Source of the DNA: Acidimicrobiia bacterium
Lineage (GTDB): Bacteria; Actinomycetota; Acidimicrobiia; Acidimicrobiales; Acidimicrobilacustridaceae
Direction of reading: 5' to 3'
Assembly (NCBI GenBank): GCA_016462055.1
Contig: JAEMTX010000001.1
Location: 6,612 to 48,563, forward strand
DNA length: 41,952 nucleotides
The notes under the pieces were generated by a model, which searched no databases, was not told the origin of the DNA, and saw only the letters and a list, made by a program, of their open reading frames with translations. Position 1 is the stretch's first letter. Every line of letters begins with the position of its first letter. Position numbers and translations under genes: made by a program. Shown piece by piece: positions 9,468 through 17,732 of this stretch.

Positions 9468-10088
9468 ATGACAGATCATTACGACGACGATCCCGATGCG
9501 GAGTTCCCGATGGCTGGTATTCCATCGGCACCGTCGGTAACTCCCGGCCCGAACCCGCCGCCCCCGCTCTCGGCGACCGGCGAAGCGACGGACCAGCGTG
9601 GTTGTATCGCGATTCTCATTGTCGGGGCCGTGTTGGCGATCATCGCGTTGGTGTTGGCTATCGTGCTGGTTGTTGTTGGCATTCGAGTGTTCGGCAGTTC
9701 TGACGAAGATGCCAATGCCAAAGTGCGTCAACAGGTATTCGTTGAAACGGGGATTGCCACGGCCAATCGGGATGCTGTGCATCCGCCCCAGCGCGATATC
9801 CATTTGGGCACCTGTGAAAGCGACGGGAGCGGCGGGGTGAAGGCCTCGGGCACGTTGACGAACTGGACAACTAAGACGGCCGATTACGAGATTGACGTGT
9901 CGTTTCGCAGCAGTGGGCCTGGAAGTTCAGGTGAGGAATTCGCAGCCAGTTCCGTCTCGGTACTGGCCGTTCCTGAGCATGCAACCACGACCTGGAGAGC
10001 CATTGTCCCCGATCGGCCTGACGGGGCCTATGCCTGCCGGGTGCTTGCTGTGAACCGTTGGCCAACGGGAACCACGCCGCCATCCTGA
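9468..10088 (+). CDS. Membrane-anchored protein with a probable extracellular Ig-like (FxLYD-like) domain
   Basis: Pro-rich N-terminus, one long hydrophobic helix, then a beta-rich domain (ASGTLTN..YEIDVSF) with two Cys. Confidence 0.7.
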   Translation: MTDHYDDDPDAEFPMAGIPSAPSVTPGPNPPPPLSATGEATDQRGCIAILIVGAVLAIIALVLAIVLVVVGIRVFGSSDEDANAKVRQQVFVETGIATANRDAVHPPQRDIHLGTCESDGSGGVKASGTLTNWTTKTADYEIDVSFRSSGPGSSGEEFAASSVSVLAVPEHATTTWRAIVPDRPDGAYACRVLAVNRWPTGTTPPS

Positions 10089-10142
10089 GCGCATTGGAAT
10101 CGCAATGGAACTGAGCCGAGGCCCCGTTCTAGAGTGAGACCC

Positions 10143-10217
10143 ATGAAGAAGCTGCTCGTGCTCATCGTCGTTGTTGCCCTCGCCGCATTCGCGGTGAAGA
10201 AGCTCCAAGACGCCTGA
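10143..10217 (+). CDS. 24-aa small membrane peptide MKKLLVLIVVVALAAFAVKKLQDA
   Basis: Not in the ORF track. TAGAGT lies 7 nt before the ATG, codons mostly end in G/C, the pattern is KK-hydrophobic-KK, and a hairpin follows immediately. Confidence 0.7.
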   Translation: MKKLLVLIVVVALAAFAVKKLQDA

Positions 10218-11019
10218 ATCCTGCTGACCTCGGCATCGAGTGCCGGGTCAGAATCCACCACCCGAGGAAAAGTCCAGCGGACACCCCGGTGGCGACTACC
10301 GCGCCTGTTGCGACGCGGCCTGGCGGAGGAAGTGTGACGCGTTCGCGTAAAGGGACGCGATGTGTGAACGACAGAATTGGCCAATCTTCCGCCATTGCGA
10401 TTCGTGTGAGTTCTCGGTCGGGATTCACCGCGACCGGATTTCCAACTGCGCGAAGCATGGGTTCGTCGGTTGCTGAGTCGGAATAGGCCCAACTCTTCGA
10501 GAGATCGATACCTCGAGATGCAGCGACATCGGCGATTGCTTCCGCTTTAAAAGGACCGTAGGCATAGACATCGACCTCGCCGGTGTACTTACCATCGGCG
10601 TCGATGCGCGCTCGGCTGGCAATCGCGCCGTCGGCACCGAGATAGTTCGCCAGCGGCATGACGATCTCTTCTGGCGATGCGGAAACGATGAAAACGAGTC
10701 GGCCTGCTTCACGGTGTTCTTGAATCAATTCCAATGCTTCGTCGTAGACAATTGGATCGATGACGTCGGTGAGGGTGGAACGAACGAGGGCGCCAACAGC
10801 ATCGTGGTCCCAGCCTCTTGTGATACGAAGCGCAGATTCTCGGAACTTACGCATTCGTTCTTCGTCGGCGCCGAGCGTGTGAAAGACCAAACCATTCCAG
10901 GCAGCCCTCGCCATCACGCGTCGATTGATCATCCCCGCCTGACGGAACGATCGTCCAAATGCGATCATCGAGGCACGCGCAATAACGGTCTTATCGAGAT
11001 CGAAAAACGCGGCTTCCAC
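10162..11019 (-). CDS. HAD-IB family hydrolase with C-terminal membrane anchor (Rv3661-like)
   Basis: AAFFDLDKT, IVSAS, AYSDSATD and AVNPD motifs. Divergent from ssd-tad as in actinobacteria. Start re-called to GTG 11019, 7 nt after TATGCT. Confidence 0.9.
   Translation of the reverse strand: MEAAFFDLDKTVIARASMIAFGRSFRQAGMINRRVMARAAWNGLVFHTLGADEERMRKFRESALRITRGWDHDAVGALVRSTLTDVIDPIVYDEALELIQEHREAGRLVFIVSASPEEIVMPLANYLGADGAIASRARIDADGKYTGEVDVYAYGPFKAEAIADVAASRGIDLSKSWAYSDSATDEPMLRAVGNPVAVNPDRELTRIAMAEDWPILSFTHRVPLRERVTLPPPGRVATGAVVATGVSAGLFLGWWILTRHSMPRSAGFRRLGASSPRMRRGQQRR
10224..10251. terminator. GC-rich hairpin downstream of the 24-aa ORF
   Basis: CTGACC(T)CGGCA-TCGAG-TGCCGGGTCAG, with no strong U tract. 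Confidence 0.5.
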
Positions 11020-11075
11020 GTCACTGAGCATACGGGTGGGTTGAGGAATCCCCATGATGTTGACGCGCAAGGCCC

Positions 11076-11104
11076 TTGACGTGATGGCTGCGAGTTCGTA
11101 CGGT
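11076..11104 (+). promoter_or_regulatory. Sigma70-type promoter of the ssd-tad operon
   Basis: TTGACG-N17-TACGGT, 43 nt upstream of ATG 11148. Confidence 0.7.
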
Positions 11105-11147
11105 ACCGATTCCTTCCCTTGTTTCGATGTCGTGAACGGGAGGGTGC

Positions 11148-11816
11148 ATGGTGTTTTCGTGTTGGTCTGCAAAAGGTGGGTCTGGCACAACGGTGGTGTC
11201 AGTCGCGTTGGCCGTTCTGCTCGGGCAGCAGTCCGATGCTGGTTCTGTCTTCGTTGACCTCGAAGGCGATGGGCCCACTGTTTTTGGAAGGCCTGAACCC
11301 GATGGGCCGGGTCTCTCGGACTGGTTCGCGGCGTCGGAGTCGGTTGGAGTTGTGGCGATCGAACGACTCGAGCGACCAGTTGCCGACTCTGTCCGGCTGG
11401 TACCGCGTGGGCGAAGAGCACTCACTAGTGAGAGACGAGCGAGGATCTGTACGGAACGACTGATTGCCGACGAGCGTCCCGTCGTTGTTGATGTTGGACG
11501 CATCACGGGCAACGGAGATTCAGAGGATCTAGTTCGCCGTTGCTTTGCCGAGGCAGCAACAACCTCGCTCCTCGTCACTCGGCCGTGCTTCATTTCGCTT
11601 CGCCGGGCGTTATCGCTTCCGCTTCGCCCCACAGGCGTTGTTCTCATTGAAGAAGCGGGACGGTCCTTAGGTCGGCGCGATGTCGAGGATGTGCTCGGAG
11701 TCCCAGTCATCGCAACTGTCGAAGTCGATGCCGCAGTGGCCCGTGCCGTCGACGCGGGGCTTCTTGCGGCGCGGCTTCCGTCTTCGCTGGGGAGAGCGCT
11801 CCGTGACGTCGCCTGA
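11148..11816 (+). CDS. Ssd/TadZ(CpaE)-like P-loop protein
   Basis: Deviant Walker A SAKGGSGTT, VVVDVG, and C-terminal AVARAVDAGLL. First gene of the tad operon, with GGGAGGG SD. Confidence 0.8.
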   Translation: MVFSCWSAKGGSGTTVVSVALAVLLGQQSDAGSVFVDLEGDGPTVFGRPEPDGPGLSDWFAASESVGVVAIERLERPVADSVRLVPRGRRALTSERRARICTERLIADERPVVVDVGRITGNGDSEDLVRRCFAEAATTSLLVTRPCFISLRRALSLPLRPTGVVLIEEAGRSLGRRDVEDVLGVPVIATVEVDAAVARAVDAGLLAARLPSSLGRALRDVA

Positions 11817-12987
11817 CTCCACTAGTGATTCCCTGCTTGAGTCGGTGGTCGAACAGATGCATCGGCAATTACTCGATCATGGCCATCACGACGCAGCTGC
11901 GATTCAACAGCTCCTTGTCGAACACGATCCGCTCCTTGACGACCGAACGGTCACCGATCTCATTCACCGCGTTCACTCACGTGTCAGTGGGCTCGGTGTT
12001 CTCGATCAATTTCTCGCCGACCCGGCCATCGATGAAGTCATGGTCAATGGAGCAGGCGATCTTTGGGTCGAGCGTTCCGGTCGGCTTGAGTGCACCGGGA
12101 TCATTATCGAGAGCGCGACAACCTATGCACTGCTTGAGCGCATTGTCGCCCCACTTGGTCTTCGCATTGATCGCACCTCATCGTTGGTCGATGCCCGACT
12201 TCCTGATGGATCGCGGGTGAATGGGGTTGTCCCTCCACTTGCCGTCGATGGGCCGCTGATCACTATTCGAAGGTTCGGTGCGCGACGCGTTCAATTACCC
12301 GAAGTCTGTTCGCCTGGAGTTGCGAAATTACTGGAGTGGGCCGTGCAGTCGCGATGCAACATCATCGTGAGCGGAGGTGCCGGAGCAGGGAAGACAACGT
12401 TGCTCAATGCGGTCACCGCGTTTATTCCGCCAGATGAACGCGTGGTCACGATCGAAGACACGGCCGAGTTGCGGCTTCCTGGGCGTCATGTTGTTCGACT
12501 CGAACGTCGACCACCAAATGCTGAAGGCGTAGGTGAGGTTTCCATCCGGGACCTTGTTCGCAATGCGTTACGCATGCGCCCCGATCGCATCGTGATTGGT
12601 GAAGTTCGTTCGGGTGAAGCAATTGACATGTTGCAGGCCATGAACACCGGTCACGACGGTTCACTTTCAACCTGTCATGCCAACTCTCCGATTGATGCCA
12701 TTCGCCGTCTTGAAACCCTTGTGCTTATGGGCGATGTCGCCTTGCCCTTGGTCGCGATTCGTGAACAACTGCGCGCTGCGGTCGATCTCATCGTTCACGT
12801 TGCTCGCCAACCGGATGGATCTCGGCGAGTTGTTTCGATGGCCGAACCAATGCCCGATGGTGAAACCGGCAGCAGCATCTCTGTGAACGTGTTGACAGGC
12901 CCTTCGGGTGAACTGGTCACGCTGCCCAGCCGACCGCGCCGGGCGACTCATCTCGGTCCACCGCTCTTGTCCTGGGTTGCGTCATGA
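11803..12987 (+). CDS. tadA: Tad pilus assembly ATPase (CpaF/TadA)
   Basis: [43 protein letters not shown] and AMNTGHDGS motifs. GTG 11803 overlaps the end of ssd. Confidence 0.93.
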   Translation: MTSPDSTSDSLLESVVEQMHRQLLDHGHHDAAAIQQLLVEHDPLLDDRTVTDLIHRVHSRVSGLGVLDQFLADPAIDEVMVNGAGDLWVERSGRLECTGIIIESATTYALLERIVAPLGLRIDRTSSLVDARLPDGSRVNGVVPPLAVDGPLITIRRFGARRVQLPEVCSPGVAKLLEWAVQSRCNIIVSGGAGAGKTTLLNAVTAFIPPDERVVTIEDTAELRLPGRHVVRLERRPPNAEGVGEVSIRDLVRNALRMRPDRIVIGEVRSGEAIDMLQAMNTGHDGSLSTCHANSPIDAIRRLETLVLMGDVALPLVAIREQLRAAVDLIVHVARQPDGSRRVVSMAEPMPDGETGSSISVNVLTGPSGELVTLPSRPRRATHLGPPLLSWVAS

Positions 12988-13745
12988 GCTTGCGATTGAT
13001 CGTGGTTGTGGTGGTCACTGTCATTGCGGTTCTTTCGACCATAACGGTGATCGTTACCACCCCCGAGATGATGGCGGCGCGTCGAGTCCATCAACGATTT
13101 GCTGCGGAAACGCTCACTCGCAGCAACTCGCTGTTCGTGCGTACAGCGCGTGGATCGGTTCTCCGTCTCTCAACGCTTGGAATCTTCGAACCATTTCATC
13201 GTGGTGCAGAACAACGAGGTAAGCGACGAATGGAGATGCGTATTCCCGACTCTCTTGACCGTGTTGTTCGGCAGTTGCGCGCAGGGGCAACGCTCTCTCT
13301 CGCTCTGCGAGGAGTCGGTAACGAAGACGTGGTTTTTGCACGCGTGGCTGCGGAATTAGACAGCGGACAATCGCTACAAAAGGCAGTTGCGGAATGGGGA
13401 GCCGAGGACGAACTTCCGAACCGCAAACTGACTGCGACGGCCCTTGAGCTGGCCTCAAGCTCGGGTGGGGCAACGGCTCGTGTTCTAGACGGGGTCGCTG
13501 CCTCCTTGCGCGACCGTGTCGCGCTTGAACGCGAGGTCGCCGCCCTTTCTTCGCAATCACGGGCTTCAGCGGTTGTACTTGTCGTCGCCCCAGTGGTTTT
13601 TGCCGTCGCGATGGCGATGGTCGATCACCGGATTCTCGACGTGCTTATTAGGCGGCCAATCGGGTGGGCGTGCGTCGGTCTGGGGCTGGGGCTTGATGCC
13701 TTGGGAGCGTTTTGGATGTCGCGCTTGATTGGTCGCCACCGATGA
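12984..13745 (+). CDS. tadB: Tad inner-membrane platform protein (T2SSF domain)
   Basis: ATGA coupling to tadA, N-terminal TM, LRAGATL..SSGG..L..VAASLRDR and two C-terminal TMs. Confidence 0.85.
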   Translation: MSLRLIVVVVVTVIAVLSTITVIVTTPEMMAARRVHQRFAAETLTRSNSLFVRTARGSVLRLSTLGIFEPFHRGAEQRGKRRMEMRIPDSLDRVVRQLRAGATLSLALRGVGNEDVVFARVAAELDSGQSLQKAVAEWGAEDELPNRKLTATALELASSSGGATARVLDGVAASLRDRVALEREVAALSSQSRASAVVLVVAPVVFAVAMAMVDHRILDVLIRRPIGWACVGLGLGLDALGAFWMSRLIGRHR

Positions 13746-14281
13746 TCGTCGTTGGCCCATGGGTTGGTTGTGCGTTGGTGGTGGGGGCATCACTGGTTCC
13801 GGTGTTTCGACATCGATCAGCGTCGCTGGCTACCGATACTGCTCGTCGACAAAGTGCTCCTGAGCTTGTCGACCTCTTCCGCCTTGCCGTCGGAGCCGGA
13901 CTTTCGGTGCATCAGTTGGTCGATGTCGTCGAACCGCGAGCTCCAGACGTCTTTGTCCCGACACTTGTCGAGGTTCGTCGACGAGTGTCGCTCGGACAAC
14001 GACTAGGCGATGCGCGTGATGTATTTGACGAACTCGGTGAGTCAGTCCGTCCGTTGGCGGCGGCGCTCCGCTCGGCAGCGTTTGACGGCGTGGCGCTTGG
14101 GCCGGCACTTGAGCGGGTCGCGACCGATGCCCGGCTGCAACGCCGGCGTTGGGCGGAAGCTAATGCTCGACGGCTCCCGGTTCAGTTGCTGTTCCCTCTC
14201 GTGATGTGCATTCTGCCGGCGTTCGGGCTCCTGGCGATCGTTCCACTTGTGGTGTCCTCGCTCGGTTCTCTGCGCTGGTGA
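13742..14281 (+). CDS. tadC: Tad inner-membrane platform protein (T2SSF domain)
   Basis: ATGA coupling to tadB, PELVDLF..AVGAGLS and ARRLPVQLLFPLVMCILPAF. Confidence 0.85.
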   Translation: MIVVGPWVGCALVVGASLVPVFRHRSASLATDTARRQSAPELVDLFRLAVGAGLSVHQLVDVVEPRAPDVFVPTLVEVRRRVSLGQRLGDARDVFDELGESVRPLAAALRSAAFDGVALGPALERVATDARLQRRRWAEANARRLPVQLLFPLVMCILPAFGLLAIVPLVVSSLGSLRW

Positions 14282-14332
14282 ATCGAATCTTCCCCCGTTC
14301 AAGTTCTGTATCACTACAACAAGGGAGTTTCA

Positions 14333-14512
14333 ATGAATCGATTTCGCACACGTTTTCGCGGTGAGCGTGGTCAGACCACTGCCGAATATGCGCTCGTTCT
14401 TCTAGGAGCAGCGGGAATTGCGCTGTTGCTTCTCGGTTGGGCGACACAGTCGGGAGCGATCGGCACGCTGTTCGATGCCGTTCTTGACGGCGTGATCGGC
14501 AAGGTCAAGTGA
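14333..14512 (+). CDS. Flp-type major pilin (DUF4244-like), 59 aa
   Basis: Not in the ORF track. MNRFRTRFRGERG|QTTAEYALVLLG shows the class III signal G/xxxxEY. AAGGGAG SD, and GTGA overlap with tadE. Confidence 0.9.
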   Translation: MNRFRTRFRGERGQTTAEYALVLLGAAGIALLLLGWATQSGAIGTLFDAVLDGVIGKVK

Positions 14513-14913
14513 AGAAGACGAGGTGGGGGGATCACGGACAATCCACTGTTGAATTCGCGTTGATTCTCCCCCTCGTCGTCATTGTTGTCCTCTTTATTAT
14601 GCAAGCGGGTTTTGTTGTGCGCGACCAAGTTCTTGTTTCCCACGCTGCGCGTGAGGCAGCAAGAGCTGCGGCAGTGAGCGACGCAGATCGTCCCAGCGCA
14701 GCAATGACCGCCGCAAAGCGTGCGGGGGAACTGCGTTCGGATCAGATCTCAGTCGAGGTCACGATGCTTGAGGGCGGTGACACGGTTCGAGTTGAGGTTT
14801 CGTATCGCAGTGTCACTGATTTCGCGATCATCGGAGCACTTGTTCCCGATGTCGACCTGCACGCGACCGTGGTCATGCGGGCCGAATCAGCGGGAAAGCA
14901 TGGCCTGCAGTAA
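14509..14913 (+). CDS. tadE: TadE-like pseudopilin
   Basis: DHG|QSTVEFALILP prepilin motif and HAAREAARAA. The 3' end overlaps the helicase stop by 27 bp. Confidence 0.88.
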   Translation: MKKTRWGDHGQSTVEFALILPLVVIVVLFIMQAGFVVRDQVLVSHAAREAARAAAVSDADRPSAAMTAAKRAGELRSDQISVEVTMLEGGDTVRVEVSYRSVTDFAIIGALVPDVDLHATVVMRAESAGKHGLQ

Positions 14914-17172
14914 CAAAACGGCCGCAGCCTTATCGAGTGGCTCATTGCCATTGCCGCATTTCGGCGACTGAATGCAGGACGGACAGCCACTCACACATGC
15001 GCATGACTCAATGACCTCGAGTGTGGCGGGAAGGTGTCGGTCAGCCGCCGCGAATCCCAGTTCAGCTACTCCGGCGCCACCGGGAAACGCATCGTGGATG
15101 ACGATAGTTGCGGCACCTGTTTCGGGCAGGTACGGCGTTGAGACGCCACCGACATCCCAACGGTCGCATATTGCGAAGAGCGGCAGGATGCCGATTCCGG
15201 CGTGCTCGGCGGCATGAAGGGCACCGGGGAGCTCCGCTGGTCCAAGTCCCGCCACGCTCGTGACGTGATCGCCGATGACATACCAGAACGCGCGTGTGAC
15301 CAGTCGAGAGGAAGGCAGCAGGAGGTCGTGAGTTCCGAGTTGTTCTCGAGTGAATGTGTCGAATCTTCGATAACCGATAACAGTGGTTTCGACCTCAACC
15401 GTGCCGAGACAGAGATCGGCGGCGCCAATGGGCCTCTCGTTATCGGTGGTCAGAATGCGGATATCGGTCACTGCTCGAGGCTGGGTGTACTCACCGCCGT
15501 CATGAGGTTCGACGATTGCCACATGATCTTCGATATCAAGTTCGGTTACTTTCCACGCCGTCCCCTGATGCAGATAGATCGAACCCGGATGAACAAGCCG
15601 AAAGGCGCGTGAACCATCGACGGTTCCGATGATTGAACCATCGGCGGTCGCAATGCGGAATTCGTTGGCGTTTGCACTGCGGAGGCCGATGCCATTGGCA
15701 GGTCTACCGCGACCGGCCCAAACAGCTCCAAGACCGGCGCGATCCGTTGGTTGGCGAATCTTGAGCACGTCATCGTGCACGAGATCGCGTATTGCGTCGT
15801 CGAGAACATCTGGCCACCACGCTTCATCAGCGTCAGTGAGCGGAAGTTCGAATGCCGCACAGGCTAAGTGGGGATTGAGAACGTAAGGATTGGCAATATT
15901 GATGACGGCTGGTTCTGGCGATCGTTGGAAAAGCTCGGTGGGGTTATGCACGAACCATTGGTCGAGCTGGTCATCACCGGCGACGAGGACCGCCAACGAC
16001 TGTTGTGATGCTCGACCGGCGCGACCGGCCTGTTGCCACATCGAAGCGATCGTTCCTGGGAAGCCATTGAGAATGCATGCGTCAAGGCCGCCGACGTCGA
16101 TCCCGAGTTCGAGCGCAGTTGTCGCTACGACGCCGCGCAATGTTCCGTCGAAGAGTTCTTTCTCGATTTCACGTCGCTCAGATGTGAGATAGCCCCCGCG
16201 GTAGGACCGAACAGTTGGTGAGAGCCGTTTCGAAAGTCGGCGCTTCACATCGGCGGTGACGAGTTCGGTACCTTTGCGACTTCTGCAGAACGCGATGGTT
16301 CGGTGGTTGTCTTTCACCAACGCACTCAGAATTTCGGCGGTATCCCGAGATGAAGAAACTGGACGGGGCTCTTCTTCGGTCCCTTCGTTGATTCCATCGG
16401 GGTCCCACAAGACGAAAAGACGTTCGCCGCGTGGAGAACCATCGTCGACGACAGGTTCAACAGGCAATCCACACAAGGTGGACGCCAGTGCGGCTGGATC
16501 ACCGATGGTCGCGGAAGTAAAAATAAAAACTGGATCGGATCCATAGTGTGCGCAGATGCGGCGTAGACGACGCAGAACCTGTGCAACATTGCTGCCAAAC
16601 ATTCCGCGCAACATGTGCAATTCATCAATAACCACGTAGCGCAGTCGCTTGAAGTAGGTGCCCCAGTTCGCGTGAACCGGGAGCATGCTCATATGCAACA
16701 TTTCCGGATTCGTGAGCAGAACGTTTGCGTGTGCACGGGTCCACTTGCGTGCTTCGGGAGAGGAATCTCCGTCGTGAGTTGCGGCGATGAGTCCGGGAAC
16801 ATTGAGCGCGGTGAGTGAACGAAGTTGGTCTTGGGCGAGGGCCTTGGTTGGAAAGAGAAGCAGGGCCGTTGCCGGAAGCGGTCCCGCGGCGATTGCTTCT
16901 GCGATGGGGAGTTGGAAACACAGTGACTTCCCCGATGCTGTGCCAGTAGCGATGGCCACGGATCGACCGGCACGAATGTGATCAATTGACTCTGCCTGAT
17001 GTGACCACAGCCCTTGCTCAGGAATGATTCCCGCAACAGTCTTGGACAACGGCTCGGCAAGGGTCGCGAAACGGGCACGACGCGCTGGTGATCGCTCGAC
17101 GTGTACGACGCGTTTATCGGACTGAAGCGCCGCGACAAATGTGTCAAGAGACGGAGAAGGACTGCGAGCCAT
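14887..17172 (-). CDS. DEAH-box helicase with DUF1998 (Hrq1/MrfA/SftH family)
   Basis: TGTASGKS, IDELH, TSAT, ALELGID, QQAGRAGR and C-terminal CACVSGCPSCIQSPKC. Start re-called to ATG 17172, 8 nt after TACGAT. Confidence 0.92.
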   Translation of the reverse strand: MARSPSPSLDTFVAALQSDKRVVHVERSPARRARFATLAEPLSKTVAGIIPEQGLWSHQAESIDHIRAGRSVAIATGTASGKSLCFQLPIAEAIAAGPLPATALLLFPTKALAQDQLRSLTALNVPGLIAATHDGDSSPEARKWTRAHANVLLTNPEMLHMSMLPVHANWGTYFKRLRYVVIDELHMLRGMFGSNVAQVLRRLRRICAHYGSDPVFIFTSATIGDPAALASTLCGLPVEPVVDDGSPRGERLFVLWDPDGINEGTEEEPRPVSSSRDTAEILSALVKDNHRTIAFCRSRKGTELVTADVKRRLSKRLSPTVRSYRGGYLTSERREIEKELFDGTLRGVVATTALELGIDVGGLDACILNGFPGTIASMWQQAGRAGRASQQSLAVLVAGDDQLDQWFVHNPTELFQRSPEPAVINIANPYVLNPHLACAAFELPLTDADEAWWPDVLDDAIRDLVHDDVLKIRQPTDRAGLGAVWAGRGRPANGIGLRSANANEFRIATADGSIIGTVDGSRAFRLVHPGSIYLHQGTAWKVTELDIEDHVAIVEPHDGGEYTQPRAVTDIRILTTDNERPIGAADLCLGTVEVETTVIGYRRFDTFTREQLGTHDLLLPSSRLVTRAFWYVIGDHVTSVAGLGPAELPGALHAAEHAGIGILPLFAICDRWDVGGVSTPYLPETGAATIVIHDAFPGGAGVAELGFAAADRHLPATLEVIESCACVSGCPSCIQSPKCGNGNEPLDKAAAVLLLQAMLSR

Positions 17173-17314
17173 TGGGGGTGATCGTATGACCGCTTCCTGT
17201 CTCTCCGACCTCTCTGGGCGACTTTGCTGAATCGGTTGGATCGAATCAAGAGCGGTAACCTGAAGATCCTCGGCGTATGTGTGCCTTGCTCTCACCGGAA
17301 CGGATTCTCGAGTG

Positions 17315-17662
17315 ATGTTTGATCTCGTTGCGACAGAACCCATTGAGGGTGTGGTGGTCATTGCGATCATCGGTGATCTCGATATCTCCACGGCTCCTCG
17401 TCTCCGTGAGGAGCTCATTCGCGTAACCGCAGAGCTCAAAACGCCGAAGATCGTGCTGGATCTCGCGGGAGTGGATCTTCTCGATCCAACTGGTCTCGGT
17501 GTGATTTTCGAAGGAATCAAACGAGCGAGACTTCGCCAAGGTGATTTGGCACTCGCCCGAGCCGAGGGGCAAGTCCTGCGCGACCTTGAGATCACTCGAG
17601 TTATCGAGATTCTTCCTAATTTTCCGGCAGTCGATCAGGCCATCGCTTCCCTTCAACGATGA
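17315..17662 (+). CDS. STAS-domain anti-sigma factor antagonist (BldG-like position)
   Basis: GDLDISTAPRLRE..VLDLAGVDLLDPTGLGV..LEIT. Divergent from the helicase, as bldG is in Streptomyces. Start uncertain (17312 or 17315). Confidence 0.85.
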   Translation: MFDLVATEPIEGVVVIAIIGDLDISTAPRLREELIRVTAELKTPKIVLDLAGVDLLDPTGLGVIFEGIKRARLRQGDLALARAEGQVLRDLEITRVIEILPNFPAVDQAIASLQR

Positions 17663-17732
17663 GCGATCGATGTAATACACCCGTCACATTCGTGAAACTG
17701 AGTGATGATGTAGCCCGAATAGACAACTCTGC

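Noticed and set aside
14887-17172. DUF1998 helicase as DISARM or Druantia defence
   Set aside because: No methylase, PLD or SNF2 partners; it sits in the conserved tad-helicase-STAS-topA housekeeping context.
17173-17595. Long N-terminal extension of the helicase (similar cases for topA, cupin, HAD, glnE, tadA, nadC, coaX)
   Set aside because: These overlap real neighbouring genes. Conserved motifs and -10 or SD signals support downstream starts.
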